DNA of 59,006 nt, from assembly GCA_002296185.1 (NCBI GenBank), contig DBHM01000027.1, forward strand, positions 1-59,006, read 5' to 3'. Within the stretch, counting starts at the first letter, position 1; the number at the start of each line of letters is the position of its first letter. The stretch comes from Alphaproteobacteria bacterium UBA828 (GTDB taxonomy: Bacteria; Pseudomonadota; Alphaproteobacteria; UBA828). The notes beneath the pieces were generated by a model. That model was not told the origin of the DNA, did no database searches, and saw nothing but the letters and a program-made list of their open reading frames with translations. Shown here in pieces: positions 46,021 through 56,874 of the stretch. The translations under genes were made by a program, and so were the position numbers.

Positions 46021-47307
46021 TTATTCTGTAAGCCACTCAGCTATGTTTTCATCTGCCACAAAGGCTTCAATAGAAGAATTTTTTCTAATAATTGACCATT
46101 TCTTCTTTTTTACTAAAACCTCGCTTGCTGGAATACGACTATTATAATGAGAGGACATGGAAGCTCCATATGCTCCGGTGTTAAGTATAGCTAACAAATT
46201 ACCAGGAGCTAACGGGGGCAAATCTCTATCATGTGCCAGGAAGTCACCGCTCTCACAAATTGGCCCAACAACATCTACGGTCTCCTTGTCCGGGGACTCT
46301 TTGGTCTGTATTACGGGTTTAATTTCGTGCCAGGCATCATATAAGGCTGGTCTCATAAAATCGTTCATGGCGCAGTCAACGATAGCAAAATTTCTTGCCT
46401 CTGTTCTTTTGACATAGATAACTCTTGTTAAGAGGATGCCTGCAGGAGCAGTTATCCATCGGCCAGGTTCAAGAATAATTCGGCATCCTGCTGCACTAGC
46501 TGCTTTACTCACTATAGACGCATAATGTAATAATGAAGGCTCATCCTCTGAAGAGTATCGAATGCCTAAACCGCCACCAAAATCTATATTTTCAATCTGA
46601 TGGCCTTTTGATTTTAAATTGCAGGCTAGCTGAGAAATTTTTGAGAAAGCCATCTCAAAGGGTTCTAAATCAGTAAGCTGGGACCCGATATGTGTTGCTA
46701 ATCCAGTTGCTTTTACTCCTTTCAAACTTTCAATTTTTTTATAAAGATGTATAGCTTTTTCATACGGTACACCAAATTTGTCTCCACTTCGCCCGGTAGC
46801 TATCTTGTTGTGGGTATTTGCATCAACATCGGGGTTAACTCTAACGGCTACAGGCGCCGTGGTTCCGCGATTGAGAGCAACACTATTTAACTGTTCAAGT
46901 TCTGGTTCGGACTCTATATTTATCTGAAAAATATTTGCATCTAGGGCTGCTCCCATTTCATCTTCAGTTTTACCCACACCTGCAAATACAATTTTTTCAG
47001 GAGAGACCCCCGCTTGTAATGCCCGATATAGTTCACCTCCTGAGACTACATCTGCACCAGCGCCGTGCTGAGCTAGTGTGCGTATGACAGAAATATTTCC
47101 ATTTGCTTTGACTGAGTAACAAATTAGTCCATTGGGGTTAGTTTTTGCTATTGCTTTATATCTTTCAATAAGTGCCTCAGATGAATAGACGTATAATGGT
47201 GTTCCTACTTCTCGAGCTAGTTCGGGAAGAGAGACTTGTTCAGCGTACATTAGTTTATCATCTGATCCTTCCATACTATTATAGTTGAATTGGTCTCTTA
47301 TATTCAT
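46021..47307 (-). CDS. lysA: Diaminopimelate decarboxylase
   Basis: GTPLYVYS, YSVKANGN (PLP Lys), DVVSGGEL, RVNPDV, HIGSQ, GGGLG, EPGR, GPICESGD, GAYG. Confidence 0.97.
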   Translation of the reverse strand: MNIRDQFNYNSMEGSDDKLMYAEQVSLPELAREVGTPLYVYSSEALIERYKAIAKTNPNGLICYSVKANGNISVIRTLAQHGAGADVVSGGELYRALQAGVSPEKIVFAGVGKTEDEMGAALDANIFQINIESEPELEQLNSVALNRGTTAPVAVRVNPDVDANTHNKIATGRSGDKFGVPYEKAIHLYKKIESLKGVKATGLATHIGSQLTDLEPFEMAFSKISQLACNLKSKGHQIENIDFGGGLGIRYSSEDEPSLLHYASIVSKAASAAGCRIILEPGRWITAPAGILLTRVIYVKRTEARNFAIVDCAMNDFMRPALYDAWHEIKPVIQTKESPDKETVDVVGPICESGDFLAHDRDLPPLAPGNLLAILNTGAYGASMSSHYNSRIPASEVLVKKKKWSIIRKNSSIEAFVADENIAEWLTE

Positions 47308-47346
47308 AATTAAATATCCATAATCATTTAAATATAGGGGCTAGTG

Positions 47347-47481
47347 CTAGATAATTATGCTGCTGCGCATAGCAGTTTCAGGTATTTTAAGAGGTCCTTT
47401 TTTTCCGCACCCTCCTGCTAGAGCAATTACGAGACCTAATACAGCAACTAAAGTCAAAATAAGACTAAGTTTGCGTATCAT
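47347..47481 (-). CDS. 44-aa lipoprotein, LptM/YifL family
   Basis: Below the ORF-track cutoff: MIRKLSLILTLVAVLGLVIALAGG-CGKKGPLKIP..., with lipobox and the CGxKGPL family motif; ATGA overlap with the argH stop; argH-lipoprotein-lysA order. Confidence 0.85.
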   Translation of the reverse strand: MIRKLSLILTLVAVLGLVIALAGGCGKKGPLKIPETAMRSSIII

Positions 47482-48959
47482 AGAAACCTCTTTTTAGCTT
47501 GCCTAAGTTGAAGTTTTACCTGTTTCACGGAAGTGCCCCCATAACTAGTTTTAGTATTTATGGCAATTTCAGGTTTAAGAATATCATGTGCTGCTTTGGT
47601 TATCTTTGGTTGTATACTTTGTAAATCTGACAATGACAAATCCCATAATCTTGAATCTTTAGAGTCTGCCATTTTTACTATTTTCCCAACCGACTCATGG
47701 GCATTGCGGAATGGTATATTTAATTCCCTCACCAACCAATCAGCTAATTCAGTTGCGGTAGAGTGTCCTTCTTTTGTTGCCTCTGCCATAGCCTCTTTAT
47801 TTATTGTCATATCGTTTATCATTCCTCCGGCTGCTCGGAGGCAAATCGATAAAGTTTTAAAGGAATCAAATATAGGCTCTTTGTCTTCTTGCATGTCCTT
47901 TGCGTAAGCTAAAGAGAGTCCCTTCATTGTATTTAATAGTCCAACAAAATTTCCTGTAACTCTCCCATTTTTTCCTCTAATAAGCTCAGCTGCATCAGGA
48001 TTTCTCTTTTGGGGCATTATTGAGCTACCAGTTGAAAAGCTATCAGATAATCTGATAAACCCAAATTGATTACTTGACCATATGACTAGCTCTTCTCCAA
48101 GTCTGGAGAGGTGGGATGAGCAAAGAGCTACTGCAGCCAGCGCTTCAAGGGCAAAATCCCTGTCTGAAACAGAGTCAAGGGAATTTCGTGTTGGACGATC
48201 AAACCCTAAACTTTCTGATGTCATCTTTCTGTCTATAGGAAATGATGTTCCAGCAAGGGCCGCTGAACCCAAAGGGCATTCATTCAATCTTTTTCTGGCG
48301 TCATTGAATCGGCCACGATCACGTCCAAACATTTCCACATAACTCAAAAGATGGTGTCCAAGCGTTACCGGCTGGGCTCCCTGTAAGTGTGTGAATCCTG
48401 GAATAGGAGTGTCTGAGTGTTGCTCTGCTCTTTTAATCAAGGCGCTCTGTAAAGCTTGTAATTCTCGATCGGATTGATCAATTGCTTTCCTGATCCAAAT
48501 TTTGAAATCTGTAGCAACCTGGTCATTTCTTGATCTTGCAGTATGGAGTCTACCGGCGGCATCACCTATTAATAAAAATAATCGGTTTTCAATATTCATG
48601 TGGATATCTTCCAGGGTATGATTAGGAGTCAGTTCGCCGTCCTCGATCTCACGCTGAATTTGATTAAGTCCTTTGATTATCTTTTTTTTATCTGAATTAT
48701 TTAGTATGCCCTGGTTATAAAGCATCTCAGCATGAGCTTTGCTGCACTCGATATCCTCTTCATATAAAACCCAATCCACATCTACAGAAGAGTTAATATC
48801 CTCCATAATGCTGCTTGGTCCTTTACTAAAACGGCCACCCCATAGGGGGTTAGATCCAGTATCTTTTAACTCAGATTGAGTAGAGGATTTAGCCAGTTTT
48901 TTTGGTCTTTTTTTGTACGTTCTTTTAGTTTGCTTTTTATGTTTCTTATTATCTTCCAT
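47478..48959 (-). CDS. argH: Argininosuccinate lyase with basic N-terminal extension
   Basis: LWGGRF, LEDIHMNIE, LHTARSRNDQVATD, PGFTHLQ, GSSIMPQKRNPD, KDMQEDKEP. Confidence 0.97.
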   Translation of the reverse strand: MEDNKKHKKQTKRTYKKRPKKLAKSSTQSELKDTGSNPLWGGRFSKGPSSIMEDINSSVDVDWVLYEEDIECSKAHAEMLYNQGILNNSDKKKIIKGLNQIQREIEDGELTPNHTLEDIHMNIENRLFLLIGDAAGRLHTARSRNDQVATDFKIWIRKAIDQSDRELQALQSALIKRAEQHSDTPIPGFTHLQGAQPVTLGHHLLSYVEMFGRDRGRFNDARKRLNECPLGSAALAGTSFPIDRKMTSESLGFDRPTRNSLDSVSDRDFALEALAAVALCSSHLSRLGEELVIWSSNQFGFIRLSDSFSTGSSIMPQKRNPDAAELIRGKNGRVTGNFVGLLNTMKGLSLAYAKDMQEDKEPIFDSFKTLSICLRAAGGMINDMTINKEAMAEATKEGHSTATELADWLVRELNIPFRNAHESVGKIVKMADSKDSRLWDLSLSDLQSIQPKITKAAHDILKPEIAINTKTSYGGTSVKQVKLQLRQAKKRFL

Positions 48960-49346
48960 AATCTATTACCGCCATTAGATAGGTGGGCTTTGTATAATTG
49001 TAACAGATTCATGCCTTAGAGCATATTGACGAGATTACCAATATAAAAATAAATAAATTTTTAATTTATTATTATTGATCCTGCTTTATTATCAAGCCTA
49101 TTACGAGGAATCGTTATTTATTGGGATTCTAAACAATTGAAGCACAAGAGGTAAAGAAAATCATTTTCTTAAAAAATTCTACGTCACACTAGGTTTTTGC
49201 AGTTTTTTGGTATTTACAGCATCTATTTTTACTTACTTACAGTCCTTAAGGCACGGTATTCATAATGGATAAAGTTATCTGCGATAGTATAATTCAAGAT
49301 ACTGGTGTAAATAGGTTTTAGTAAGTAAATAAGGATAAGAGATTAA

Positions 49347-49889
49347 ATGTATAAAATTATTTTACCTATCCCTAGACGTATACTCGGTTTCTTGCTGGTT
49401 ACACTAGCAATATTTATATTCCTTTCTACTGATTCGTTTTCTCATGATAAAATTCATGGTTCCTTAGTTCTAATCCACCCTTTGATTAAAATCGTTCCAG
49501 GTTCACCTAATGCGGCATTGTATATTGAGATTGCAAATGAGGGTAAGCTCCAGGATAGATTGATTGGCGCAGAATGTGACTGTGCTAGAAAAATGGCCCT
49601 TCATTCTCAAATAATTGAGGATGGAATCGCAAAAATGAGACATATAGATTCTATAATTATTCCACCTGAGACTAGTATTGAGTTACTTCCTGGTGGTTAT
49701 CATATCATGATAATGGGCTTAAGGGGCACATACGAGAATAATGATACTATTCCAGTGAAATTCACTTTCGAAAATCAAGGTATTATATCTATGCAGGCTC
49801 TAGTTGAGTATGTAGTGACGGATCAAAACAGAAGTTCTCTTATCGGCGATGAGAAGATAATTACAAAAGAAAATCATATACACCATTAG
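49347..49889 (+). CDS. Periplasmic copper chaperone PCu(A)C
   Basis: Signal/TM N-terminus, DRLIGA, intact H-x10-M-x21-H-x-M motif, PGGYHIM, His-rich tail HIHH. Confidence 0.9.
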   Translation: MYKIILPIPRRILGFLLVTLAIFIFLSTDSFSHDKIHGSLVLIHPLIKIVPGSPNAALYIEIANEGKLQDRLIGAECDCARKMALHSQIIEDGIAKMRHIDSIIIPPETSIELLPGGYHIMIMGLRGTYENNDTIPVKFTFENQGIISMQALVEYVVTDQNRSSLIGDEKIITKENHIHH

Positions 49890-50758
49890 CGAGTAGGAAT
49901 TGGTTTTTCTCCGGAATAGTCATAGAAGCCCTTTCCTGTTTTTCTGCCCAACCAACCAGCCTCAACGTATTTAGCCAACAATGGACAGGGCCTATATTTA
50001 CTGTCTGCAAGCCCTTCATAGAGTACATGCATTATTGCATGACATGTGTCTAAGCCAATAAAATCAGCAAGCTGGAGGGGCCCCATGGGATGGTGTGCTC
50101 CGAGTTTCATGGAGGTATCTATTGCTTCGACATTTCCTACTCCTTCGTAGAGTGCATAGATAGCTTCATTAATCATGGGAAGTAGGATACGGTTCACAAT
50201 AAATGCAGGGAAGTCCTCAGCCATTGCAGGGGTTTTGCCCATACGTATTGTTACATCACGTATTGTCTCATATGTTTCTGTATCAGTTGCAATCCCTCTA
50301 ACAAGTTCTACTAACTCCATCAGTGGAACAGGATTCATGAAATGCATACCCATGAATTTGTTAGGGCGATCTGTGCTTGCTGCAAGCCTGGTAACAGAAA
50401 TAGAAGATGTATTTGTACAGAGAATAGCTTCAGGCCTTAACAAACCGTGTAGGCTATTAAAGATTTCTTTCTTAAGTGGCTCGTTCTCAGCTGCGGCTTC
50501 AATAACAAGATCACAATGTTTTAGATCATTGACTCCATTACCACTTTTAATCTTTTCAATTGCATTTGATTTTGTATCTTCAGAGAGCAGCCCTTTTTGG
50601 ACTTGTCGATCCAAATTACGTTCGATTGAAGAAAATGCATTTCTAATTTTCTCTTCGTTTACGTCAATGATTGTTACGTCGAAATCGTTTATGGCTGCGA
50701 CGTGGGCGATACCATTACCCATTTGTCCAGCACCAATAATACCAATAGTTTTTATCAT
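49886..50758 (-). CDS. hbd: 3-hydroxybutyryl-CoA dehydrogenase
   Basis: [51 protein letters not shown]. Confidence 0.95.
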   Translation of the reverse strand: MIKTIGIIGAGQMGNGIAHVAAINDFDVTIIDVNEEKIRNAFSSIERNLDRQVQKGLLSEDTKSNAIEKIKSGNGVNDLKHCDLVIEAAAENEPLKKEIFNSLHGLLRPEAILCTNTSSISVTRLAASTDRPNKFMGMHFMNPVPLMELVELVRGIATDTETYETIRDVTIRMGKTPAMAEDFPAFIVNRILLPMINEAIYALYEGVGNVEAIDTSMKLGAHHPMGPLQLADFIGLDTCHAIMHVLYEGLADSKYRPCPLLAKYVEAGWLGRKTGKGFYDYSGEKPIPTR

Positions 50759-50767
50759 TTTATTGCC

Positions 50768-51721
50768 TCAAGTTTTTGAAAGGCCACGTTTATCAAGTTC
50801 TTCTGCTAGTTCTGGGAGTACTTTAAACAAGTCTGCGACAAGACCATAATCTGCAACCTGAAAAATTGGTGCTTCTTCGTCCTTATTTATAGCAGCTATA
50901 AATTTACTATCTTTCATACCAGCAAGGTGCTGTATTGCTCCAGAAATCCCCACAGCTAAATACAGAGTAGGAGCAACTACCTTTCCCGTCTGTCCAACCT
51001 GATAGTCATTAGGTACGAACCCAGAGTCTACTGCAGCACGGGAAGCTCCTATTGCAGCACCCAGTCGATCTGCAACAGCTTCGACTAATACAAAGTTTTC
51101 TCCTGATTGCATGCCGCGCCCGCCAGATACTATTATATCAGCGCTGGTAAGCTCTGGTCTTTCAGAGGCACTCACTTCAAGTTTTTTAAATACTGATAAT
51201 CCCGTATCTTCATTCCCTTTAACCTCTTCAGTAGGGGCAGTTTGATCTCCCACTATTGCTGCTTCAAAAGCTGTAGCACGCACAGTAATCACCTTTATTT
51301 TATCAGTACTTTTAACTGTTGTGATGACATTTCCAGCGTAAGTAGGTCGCGAAAATGTTTCTTGATCGATTATACTGCTAATGTCAGATAACTGTGCCAC
51401 GTCAAGCAGTGCTGCGACGCGTGGCATTACATTTTTACCAAAAGTAGTAGCCGTAGCCATGATATGACTATATGAGTCGCCTAGTGACACAAGAATAGGG
51501 GCAACGTTCTCAGCTAAACCATGCTCATAAGCGCTATTATTAGCGTATAGAACCTTGGTTACTCCTTGGATTTCAGAGGCTGTTTTTACAACTGGGCCTG
51601 CATCATTTCCAGCAACTAAAATATGGACGTCTTCCGATATTAGTAATGCTGCTGTCACTGAATGCATCGTGGCACGTTTAAGTTCTGAGTTATCATGTTC
51701 GGCTAAAATAAGAACAGTCAT
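50768..51721 (-). CDS. etfA: Electron transfer flavoprotein alpha subunit
   Basis: [44 protein letters not shown]. Confidence 0.97.
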   Translation of the reverse strand: MTVLILAEHDNSELKRATMHSVTAALLISEDVHILVAGNDAGPVVKTASEIQGVTKVLYANNSAYEHGLAENVAPILVSLGDSYSHIMATATTFGKNVMPRVAALLDVAQLSDISSIIDQETFSRPTYAGNVITTVKSTDKIKVITVRATAFEAAIVGDQTAPTEEVKGNEDTGLSVFKKLEVSASERPELTSADIIVSGGRGMQSGENFVLVEAVADRLGAAIGASRAAVDSGFVPNDYQVGQTGKVVAPTLYLAVGISGAIQHLAGMKDSKFIAAINKDEEAPIFQVADYGLVADLFKVLPELAEELDKRGLSKT

Positions 51722-52470
51722 TAGATCACCTTAGCTTCGTTTTGTAGTTTGTCTAAAAGCTCAGTTACGGATTCTACTATTACTCCAGACTCTCTTTTTG
51801 GTGGCTCCTCCACTTTAAGAGTAATTAATCTTGGCTCAACATCTACAGATAATTCGTCTGGAGATTTAATATCGATAGCTTTTTTCTTAGCCTTCATAAT
51901 ATTTGGTAGTGATGCATATCGGGGTTCATTGAGTCTTAGGTCAGTTGTTATTACGGCGGGTAGTTTTACAGAAATTGTTTCTAATCCACCATCTACTTCA
52001 CGTGTAACCTCAGCATTTCCATCTGATAACACAATATTTGATGCGAAGGTTGCTTGTGACCAATTTAATAAAGCCGCCAGCATTTGTCCTGTTTGGTTGC
52101 TGTCATCATCGATTGCTTGTTTACCTAGGATTACGACTTCTGGTTGTTCTATATCCACTATAGCTTTTAAAAGTTTTGCGATAGCAAGTGGTTGTAGTTC
52201 TATATCCGTTTTTATGTGAATGCCTCTATCAGCTCCCATAGCCAATGCTGTTCTGAGAGTTTCCTGAACTTGGTCTGGTCCAGCGGACACTGCTATGACA
52301 TCTTCTGCTAGGCCAGATTCTTTCATTCTCACAGCTTCTTCTACGGCAATTTCACAGAAAGGGTTCATTGCCATTTTAACATTGGCCATGTCCACATCAG
52401 TATTATCTGACTTGACGCGAATTTTTACATTGTAATCAATAGTTCGCTTTACGGCGACTAGCAGTTTCAT
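51721..52470 (-). CDS. etfB: Electron transfer flavoprotein beta subunit
   Basis: [49 protein letters not shown]. Confidence 0.97.
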   Translation of the reverse strand: MKLLVAVKRTIDYNVKIRVKSDNTDVDMANVKMAMNPFCEIAVEEAVRMKESGLAEDVIAVSAGPDQVQETLRTALAMGADRGIHIKTDIELQPLAIAKLLKAIVDIEQPEVVILGKQAIDDDSNQTGQMLAALLNWSQATFASNIVLSDGNAEVTREVDGGLETISVKLPAVITTDLRLNEPRYASLPNIMKAKKKAIDIKSPDELSVDVEPRLITLKVEEPPKRESGVIVESVTELLDKLQNEAKVI

Positions 52471-52636
52471 CTACAGCCTGCTCCCTTAGTTATTTATATC
52501 CATATAATTGTAATGCTATTCAGCGGTATTTTCCAAAAATAAATATAAACATACATATTATTTTTTAAAACCTTATCAAGTCCTAAGGAAGAGTAGGATA
52601 TTCTCGGCTAAGTATTAAGTCAACGGGAAGCGGCTA

Positions 52637-53194
52637 TCATCTATTTGCACCAGGTTTCCAAAGGACATCATTGCTTCCGCCATCATTTAAATATCGTGCA
52701 AGAACAAAAAGGTGATCTGATAAACGGTTTAGGTAAGATATTACAAGTGGATTAACCTTTTCAGATATAGCTAATTCAGTACAAAGTCTTTCAGCTCTTC
52801 GTACAACCGTTCTAGCGTGGTGAAGGTGTGCTGCGGCGTTGCTCCCTCCTGGTAAAACAAAGGAATTTAGTGGCTCTAGCGATGAATTAATATCATCGAT
52901 TTCTGATTCTAATCTTTCAACTTGAGTGCTTGTTACCCTTAGGGCGCTATCTTCCTCGCCTATTGGCCTGCAAAGATCTGCACCAATATCAAATAGATCG
53001 TTCTGAATCGCATCAAGTCTTTTATCTGAGGGCTTCGGGCAGTGAAGGCGGGCAATGCCAATAATAGAGTTTGCCTCATCAACAGTTCCATAAGCATTAA
53101 CTCTTATGCTATGTTTTTGGACCCTTTCGCCGCTTCCAAGAGATGTTTCCCCCTTGTCGCCACCTTTAGTGTAAATCTTAGTTAATTTTACCAT
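52637..53194 (-). CDS. pduO: PduO-type cob(I)alamin adenosyltransferase
   Basis: KIYTKGGDKGET, YGTVDEANS, QNDLFD, FVLPGG, RTVVRRAER, YLNRLSD. Confidence 0.95.
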   Translation of the reverse strand: MVKLTKIYTKGGDKGETSLGSGERVQKHSIRVNAYGTVDEANSIIGIARLHCPKPSDKRLDAIQNDLFDIGADLCRPIGEEDSALRVTSTQVERLESEIDDINSSLEPLNSFVLPGGSNAAAHLHHARTVVRRAERLCTELAISEKVNPLVISYLNRLSDHLFVLARYLNDGGSNDVLWKPGANR

Positions 53195-53209
53195 CAGCTC
53201 TATGCTCCT

Positions 53210-53404
53210 TTATTCTTTAACGAGGAAAACTAGAATTGCTAGGAGTGCAACAGCCAATAGCTGAAGCCCGACGCGCCATCTCATTAATATATTTGATCGA
53301 TTTGTTTTACCGTCGCCTTTGTAAAAAGAACCTAGCCCGAGAAATAGGACAACAACTACAGCCCCCATCGCAACGTATACTAATATTTCAAGAACATCGC
53401 TCAT
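53210..53404 (-). CDS. Twin-transmembrane-helix small protein (HIG1-like)
   Basis: Two TM segments and SNILMRWRVGLQ motif; usual position upstream of pduO. Confidence 0.85.
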   Translation of the reverse strand: MSDVLEILVYVAMGAVVVVLFLGLGSFYKGDGKTNRSNILMRWRVGLQLLAVALLAILVFLVKE

Positions 53405-53575
53405 TTATAATTATACCTGAGATAAAGTACGCAAATATATGCGAGTGATATGATTACGGTTGATAATAAATACAATCATTTTAAGACCTTTATAATAGCC
53501 AAGCTATTAATGCAATTATCTTTTGGGCCTAAGGTTTCTGCTATAGATTCTTCATCTAGATTTATTAAAAAACAA

Positions 53576-54454
53576 TCATTCTGCAGTTCTATCTAATAAA
53601 TCAAGTAATCTCTCATCGTTTCCATCGAGTAAGGCCTCTATTAATTGATATGAAGGTATTCCTGAGGATCTTAGGGAACTGATAGTTGCGCTTTTATTTC
53701 TTTTGGACAGGCGTTCACCGTCATTATCAAATATAAGTTTGTGATGCTCATACTCAGGCTCTGAAAAACCTAATAGCTTTTGTAATATTCGATGAATTCC
53801 GGTTGAAGGCTCAAGGTCATCACCTCGGGTGACTAAGTTGATATTTTGCAAGTGATCATCAACTGTAACAGCAAGATGATAGCTTGTTGGCGTATCTTTG
53901 CGGGCTATAATAATATCGCCAAATAACTCTGGCTTGACAGCTTGGAGTCCTTTTTTTCTATCGTACCAGGTAATTTTTCCGAGACGATTTAGTGATTCTT
54001 TGACATCTAATCTTAGGGAATAATTTTTACCTACAGATATTTTGTCAACAATTTCTGATCTATCTAGATTACGGCAAGTACCAGGATATACCGTGATTCT
54101 TGACTTATGTGGTGCATTATTTATTGCATTTATATCTGAACGGCTACAGAAACAGGGATATATTAGCCCTTGATTCTTGAGTTTTTTTACAGCCAAAGCA
54201 TAATCATCCAAATGTTCTGATTGTCTCCTGATGGTTGTATCTGATGAGATTCCCAGCCATTCAAGGTCTACCAAAATACTTGTTTCAAATTTAGATTTAC
54301 AGCGAGAAGAGTCTATATCTTCAATCCTAAGAAGAAAATTACCTCCTCTTGATTTGTCAGCTCGTTTGTATGCAAATAAAGCCGAATAAGCATTGCCTAG
54401 ATGCATTTCACCAGTGGGACTTGGGGCAAACCTAGTAGTGAATCCAAAATTCAT
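53576..54454 (-). CDS. gluQ: tRNA glutamyl-Q(34) synthetase GluQRS
   Basis: RFAPSPTGEMHLGN, LRIEDID, YPCFCSR, YHLAVTVDD, RGDDL, RLSKR; no anticodon-binding domain. Confidence 0.93.
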   Translation of the reverse strand: MNFGFTTRFAPSPTGEMHLGNAYSALFAYKRADKSRGGNFLLRIEDIDSSRCKSKFETSILVDLEWLGISSDTTIRRQSEHLDDYALAVKKLKNQGLIYPCFCSRSDINAINNAPHKSRITVYPGTCRNLDRSEIVDKISVGKNYSLRLDVKESLNRLGKITWYDRKKGLQAVKPELFGDIIIARKDTPTSYHLAVTVDDHLQNINLVTRGDDLEPSTGIHRILQKLLGFSEPEYEHHKLIFDNDGERLSKRNKSATISSLRSSGIPSYQLIEALLDGNDERLLDLLDRTAE

Positions 54455-54472
54455 AATTAATCAGTATTTAAT

Positions 54473-55723
54473 CTAAGTAACTTTTTTTTTGTTAAGAAAA
54501 TTAATTTTTTCATCTTCGTATGAGAGCCAATCACGGAGCACTTCGTCTGTATGCTGACCCAAAGTTGGTGCGGCAGATGGATAGTCAACGGGGGTTTTTG
54601 AGAACTTAATAGGGTTTCCTGGATGATCTACATATTCCCCAGAAGCATGTGGAATAGATACTTTCATATCACGGGATAAAATTTGTGGGTCAGAAAAGAC
54701 TCGATCTAATTTATTTATTGGACCGCAGGGTACTCCGGCAACATCGAGCTCAGAAATCCATTCATCCATAGTTTTGCTAAGTGTTAAATTTTGTATTTGC
54801 TCATTAACAAACTCACGATTTTCAATTCTAGATCTATGGGTTGCAAATCGGGGGTCTTTGATTAAATCAGGATTTCCTGCAATATTTAAGAATTTTTCTA
54901 GCTGTCCATTGTTTCCTATTCCGAGAATCATGTGCCCGTCTTTTGTGGGGAATACTCCATAGGGAACAATATTTATATGTTCGTTTCCAAACCTTTCAGG
55001 TGCTTGACCCCCAACTAAATAATTCATCGCTTGCGTAGATAACCAACTAGCTTGCGTGTCTAAAAGTGCCAAATCAATATGTTGACCCTCACCTGTCAAT
55101 TGTCGCCAGTTAAGTGCAGCTAAGATGGCAGTTATTGCATACATACCAGTCATTAAATCTGAAACTGCAACTCCAACTTTTTGAGGTCCTGCACCTGGCT
55201 GACCATCAGGTACACCTGTTATACTCATTAGTCCGCCAGCACCCTGAATGATTAGATCATATCCAGCTCTTTCTGAATAAGGGCCTGTTTGGCCAAAACC
55301 CGTAATAGAACAGTATATCAGGCGTTTGTTATAATGTGCTAAGCTCTCATAATCGAGGTTATATTTTTTTAGACCACCGACTTTATAGTTTTCAATTAAA
55401 ATATCTGCCTTGGTTGCAAGCTCACGAGCTATTTCTTGGCCCTCTATTTTTGATAGATCAATTGTTATAGACCGCTTTGCCCTGTTTGTGGACATAAAAT
55501 AAGCTGCGTCACCAGTTTCATTTCCTTCACTATCTTTTATAAATGGGGGGCCCCAACTACGAGTATCATCACCGGTATTTGGACGTTCAACCTTTACGAC
55601 ATCCGCTCCAAAATCAGCTAAAAGCTGACCACACCATGGACCAGCAAGCACTCGGCTCATATCAAGAACACGTAGGTTTTTTAGTGGTCCTGTACGCTCG
55701 TTATTTGTAGTGCTTGAGTTCAT
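54473..55723 (-). CDS. Family III CoA-transferase (CaiB/BaiF)
   Basis: VLDMSRVLAGPW, GDDTRSWGPPF, NRAKRS, SITGFGQTGP, GVAVSD (catalytic Asp), APTLGQHT. Confidence 0.93.
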   Translation of the reverse strand: MNSSTTNNERTGPLKNLRVLDMSRVLAGPWCGQLLADFGADVVKVERPNTGDDTRSWGPPFIKDSEGNETGDAAYFMSTNRAKRSITIDLSKIEGQEIARELATKADILIENYKVGGLKKYNLDYESLAHYNKRLIYCSITGFGQTGPYSERAGYDLIIQGAGGLMSITGVPDGQPGAGPQKVGVAVSDLMTGMYAITAILAALNWRQLTGEGQHIDLALLDTQASWLSTQAMNYLVGGQAPERFGNEHINIVPYGVFPTKDGHMILGIGNNGQLEKFLNIAGNPDLIKDPRFATHRSRIENREFVNEQIQNLTLSKTMDEWISELDVAGVPCGPINKLDRVFSDPQILSRDMKVSIPHASGEYVDHPGNPIKFSKTPVDYPSAAPTLGQHTDEVLRDWLSYEDEKINFLNKKKVT

Positions 55724-55780
55724 TTATGCGCCCTTTTTAACTGAATTGAATAAAAAATATAAAGACTAATGAAGATTTTA

Positions 55781-56356
55781 TTAAATGCGCTCTGATAGCC
55801 ATATTGCTACTTTTGTACCGGATTTAATTGCTTTTGATAATACTTTATAGGCCGGAGCTAACTCAGCTTCATGTTCCAGACCGGTATCTTTATGGTGAGC
55901 TTCCTCTTCTGCAAACTTTTCTATAGTTTTGCGTAGTTCTGATTCATCTTCACCAAGTTGTTTTGCTTGATTGTAATAATGTTCTTCAATGACTTCTTCC
56001 ACCGCTACCGTACATGCCATAGCAGCGCGCTTTCCCATCATCGCTGTAACTGCTCCAAGTGCAAATCCTGCAACATGCCAAAATGGTGTTAAGACTGTAG
56101 GCCTAACTCTTCTCTCAACAAGGAGTTGATCAAAAGTATCTAAATGATGTTGCTCATGTGCTTCCATTTCTCTGATTGTATCCCCAACAGATGAGTTGCC
56201 TAAAACTGCAAGCTGACCTTGGTATATCCTTTTAGCACCATACTCTCCAGCATGGTCAACTCGGATAATTCGGGCAATTAATTGTTCCTTTGTAAGGTCC
56301 CCATGTAACCAATTTTCGGCAGTTTTTTTTGTTTGATCACTACACTCTTCATTCAT
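55781..56356 (-). CDS. coq7: Demethoxyubiquinone hydroxylase (di-iron)
   Basis: IRVDHAGEYGA, E..HL, AMACTVAVEEVIEEHY, EEAHH. Confidence 0.95.
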   Translation of the reverse strand: MNEECSDQTKKTAENWLHGDLTKEQLIARIIRVDHAGEYGAKRIYQGQLAVLGNSSVGDTIREMEAHEQHHLDTFDQLLVERRVRPTVLTPFWHVAGFALGAVTAMMGKRAAMACTVAVEEVIEEHYYNQAKQLGEDESELRKTIEKFAEEEAHHKDTGLEHEAELAPAYKVLSKAIKSGTKVAIWLSERI

Positions 56357-56874
56357 TACAAAATCTCTCTATTTTTTCTTATTCTAAATATAAAAATTGA
56401 ACTTACAAATGCATAAATCGCAAGCATTGCAGAGACAATAACATTCCATCCGGCAAGAGAAACACCAAGTAAAGACCATAAAACTACATCGCAGTAAATC
56501 AATGTGCGTGAGTCTATTTGTTTTTTTAGATTCTCTATAGAAGCGGCAATCTCAATATCTTTTTGGCAAGAACTTTCAAACCATTGTTCTTCCACTCCCA
56601 GGTGATAAAAACCATATCCAGTTGTTATGAGTAGAGCAATTCCAGATATAAATACTATATAGGCATAAAATTTCTTATTAACAATAATTGCTATCAAACA
56701 CATTCCTAACACTGCGAAATAGGGATAGCGCTGAATGATACAAATATCACAGGCTTCAATTCCGGCTAAATGTTGCATCAAGTAGACTGTTAAGAGTATA
56801 GCTCCTGCGCATAAGGCGAGAACTAGCGCACTCTTCTTGCAAAGCCATTTTCCCAAAATAGCAATTTTTCTCAT
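56356..56874 (-). CDS. dsbB: DsbB-family disulfide bond formation protein
   Basis: ACDICIIQRY (CxxC), HLGVE..W, second Cys pair (SC...YC), GVSLAGWN; start at ATG 56874 (TAATG overlap). Confidence 0.87.
   Translation of the reverse strand: MRKIAILGKWLCKKSALVLALCAGAILLTVYLMQHLAGIEACDICIIQRYPYFAVLGMCLIAIIVNKKFYAYIVFISGIALLITTGYGFYHLGVEEQWFESSCQKDIEIAASIENLKKQIDSRTLIYCDVVLWSLLGVSLAGWNVIVSAMLAIYAFVSSIFIFRIRKNREIL

Noticed and set aside
50175-50849. 224-aa plus-strand ORF opposite hbd/etfA
   Set aside because: Not in codon register with hbd; it is the shifted antisense frame that is often stop-poor, with typical S/I/T/P-rich shadow composition and no motif.
14427-53194. Two corrinoid adenosyltransferases (CobO and PduO) as a novelty
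   Set aside because: This pairing is common in alphaproteobacteria; pduO sits in its usual place beside etfBA.
97-54962. Many 60-165 aa ORFs opposite annotated genes (e.g. 9198-9695, 22941-23420, 23670-24116, 51749-52219)
   Set aside because: Shadows of well-supported genes, short enough to arise by chance, without motifs or operon coupling.
54473-55723. CaiB/BaiF transferase as formyl-CoA:oxalate transferase for the oxalate module
   Set aside because: Sequence (VLAGPW, DDTRSWGPPF) fits the generic subfamily rather than Frc, and it is about 19 kb away in a housekeeping run.
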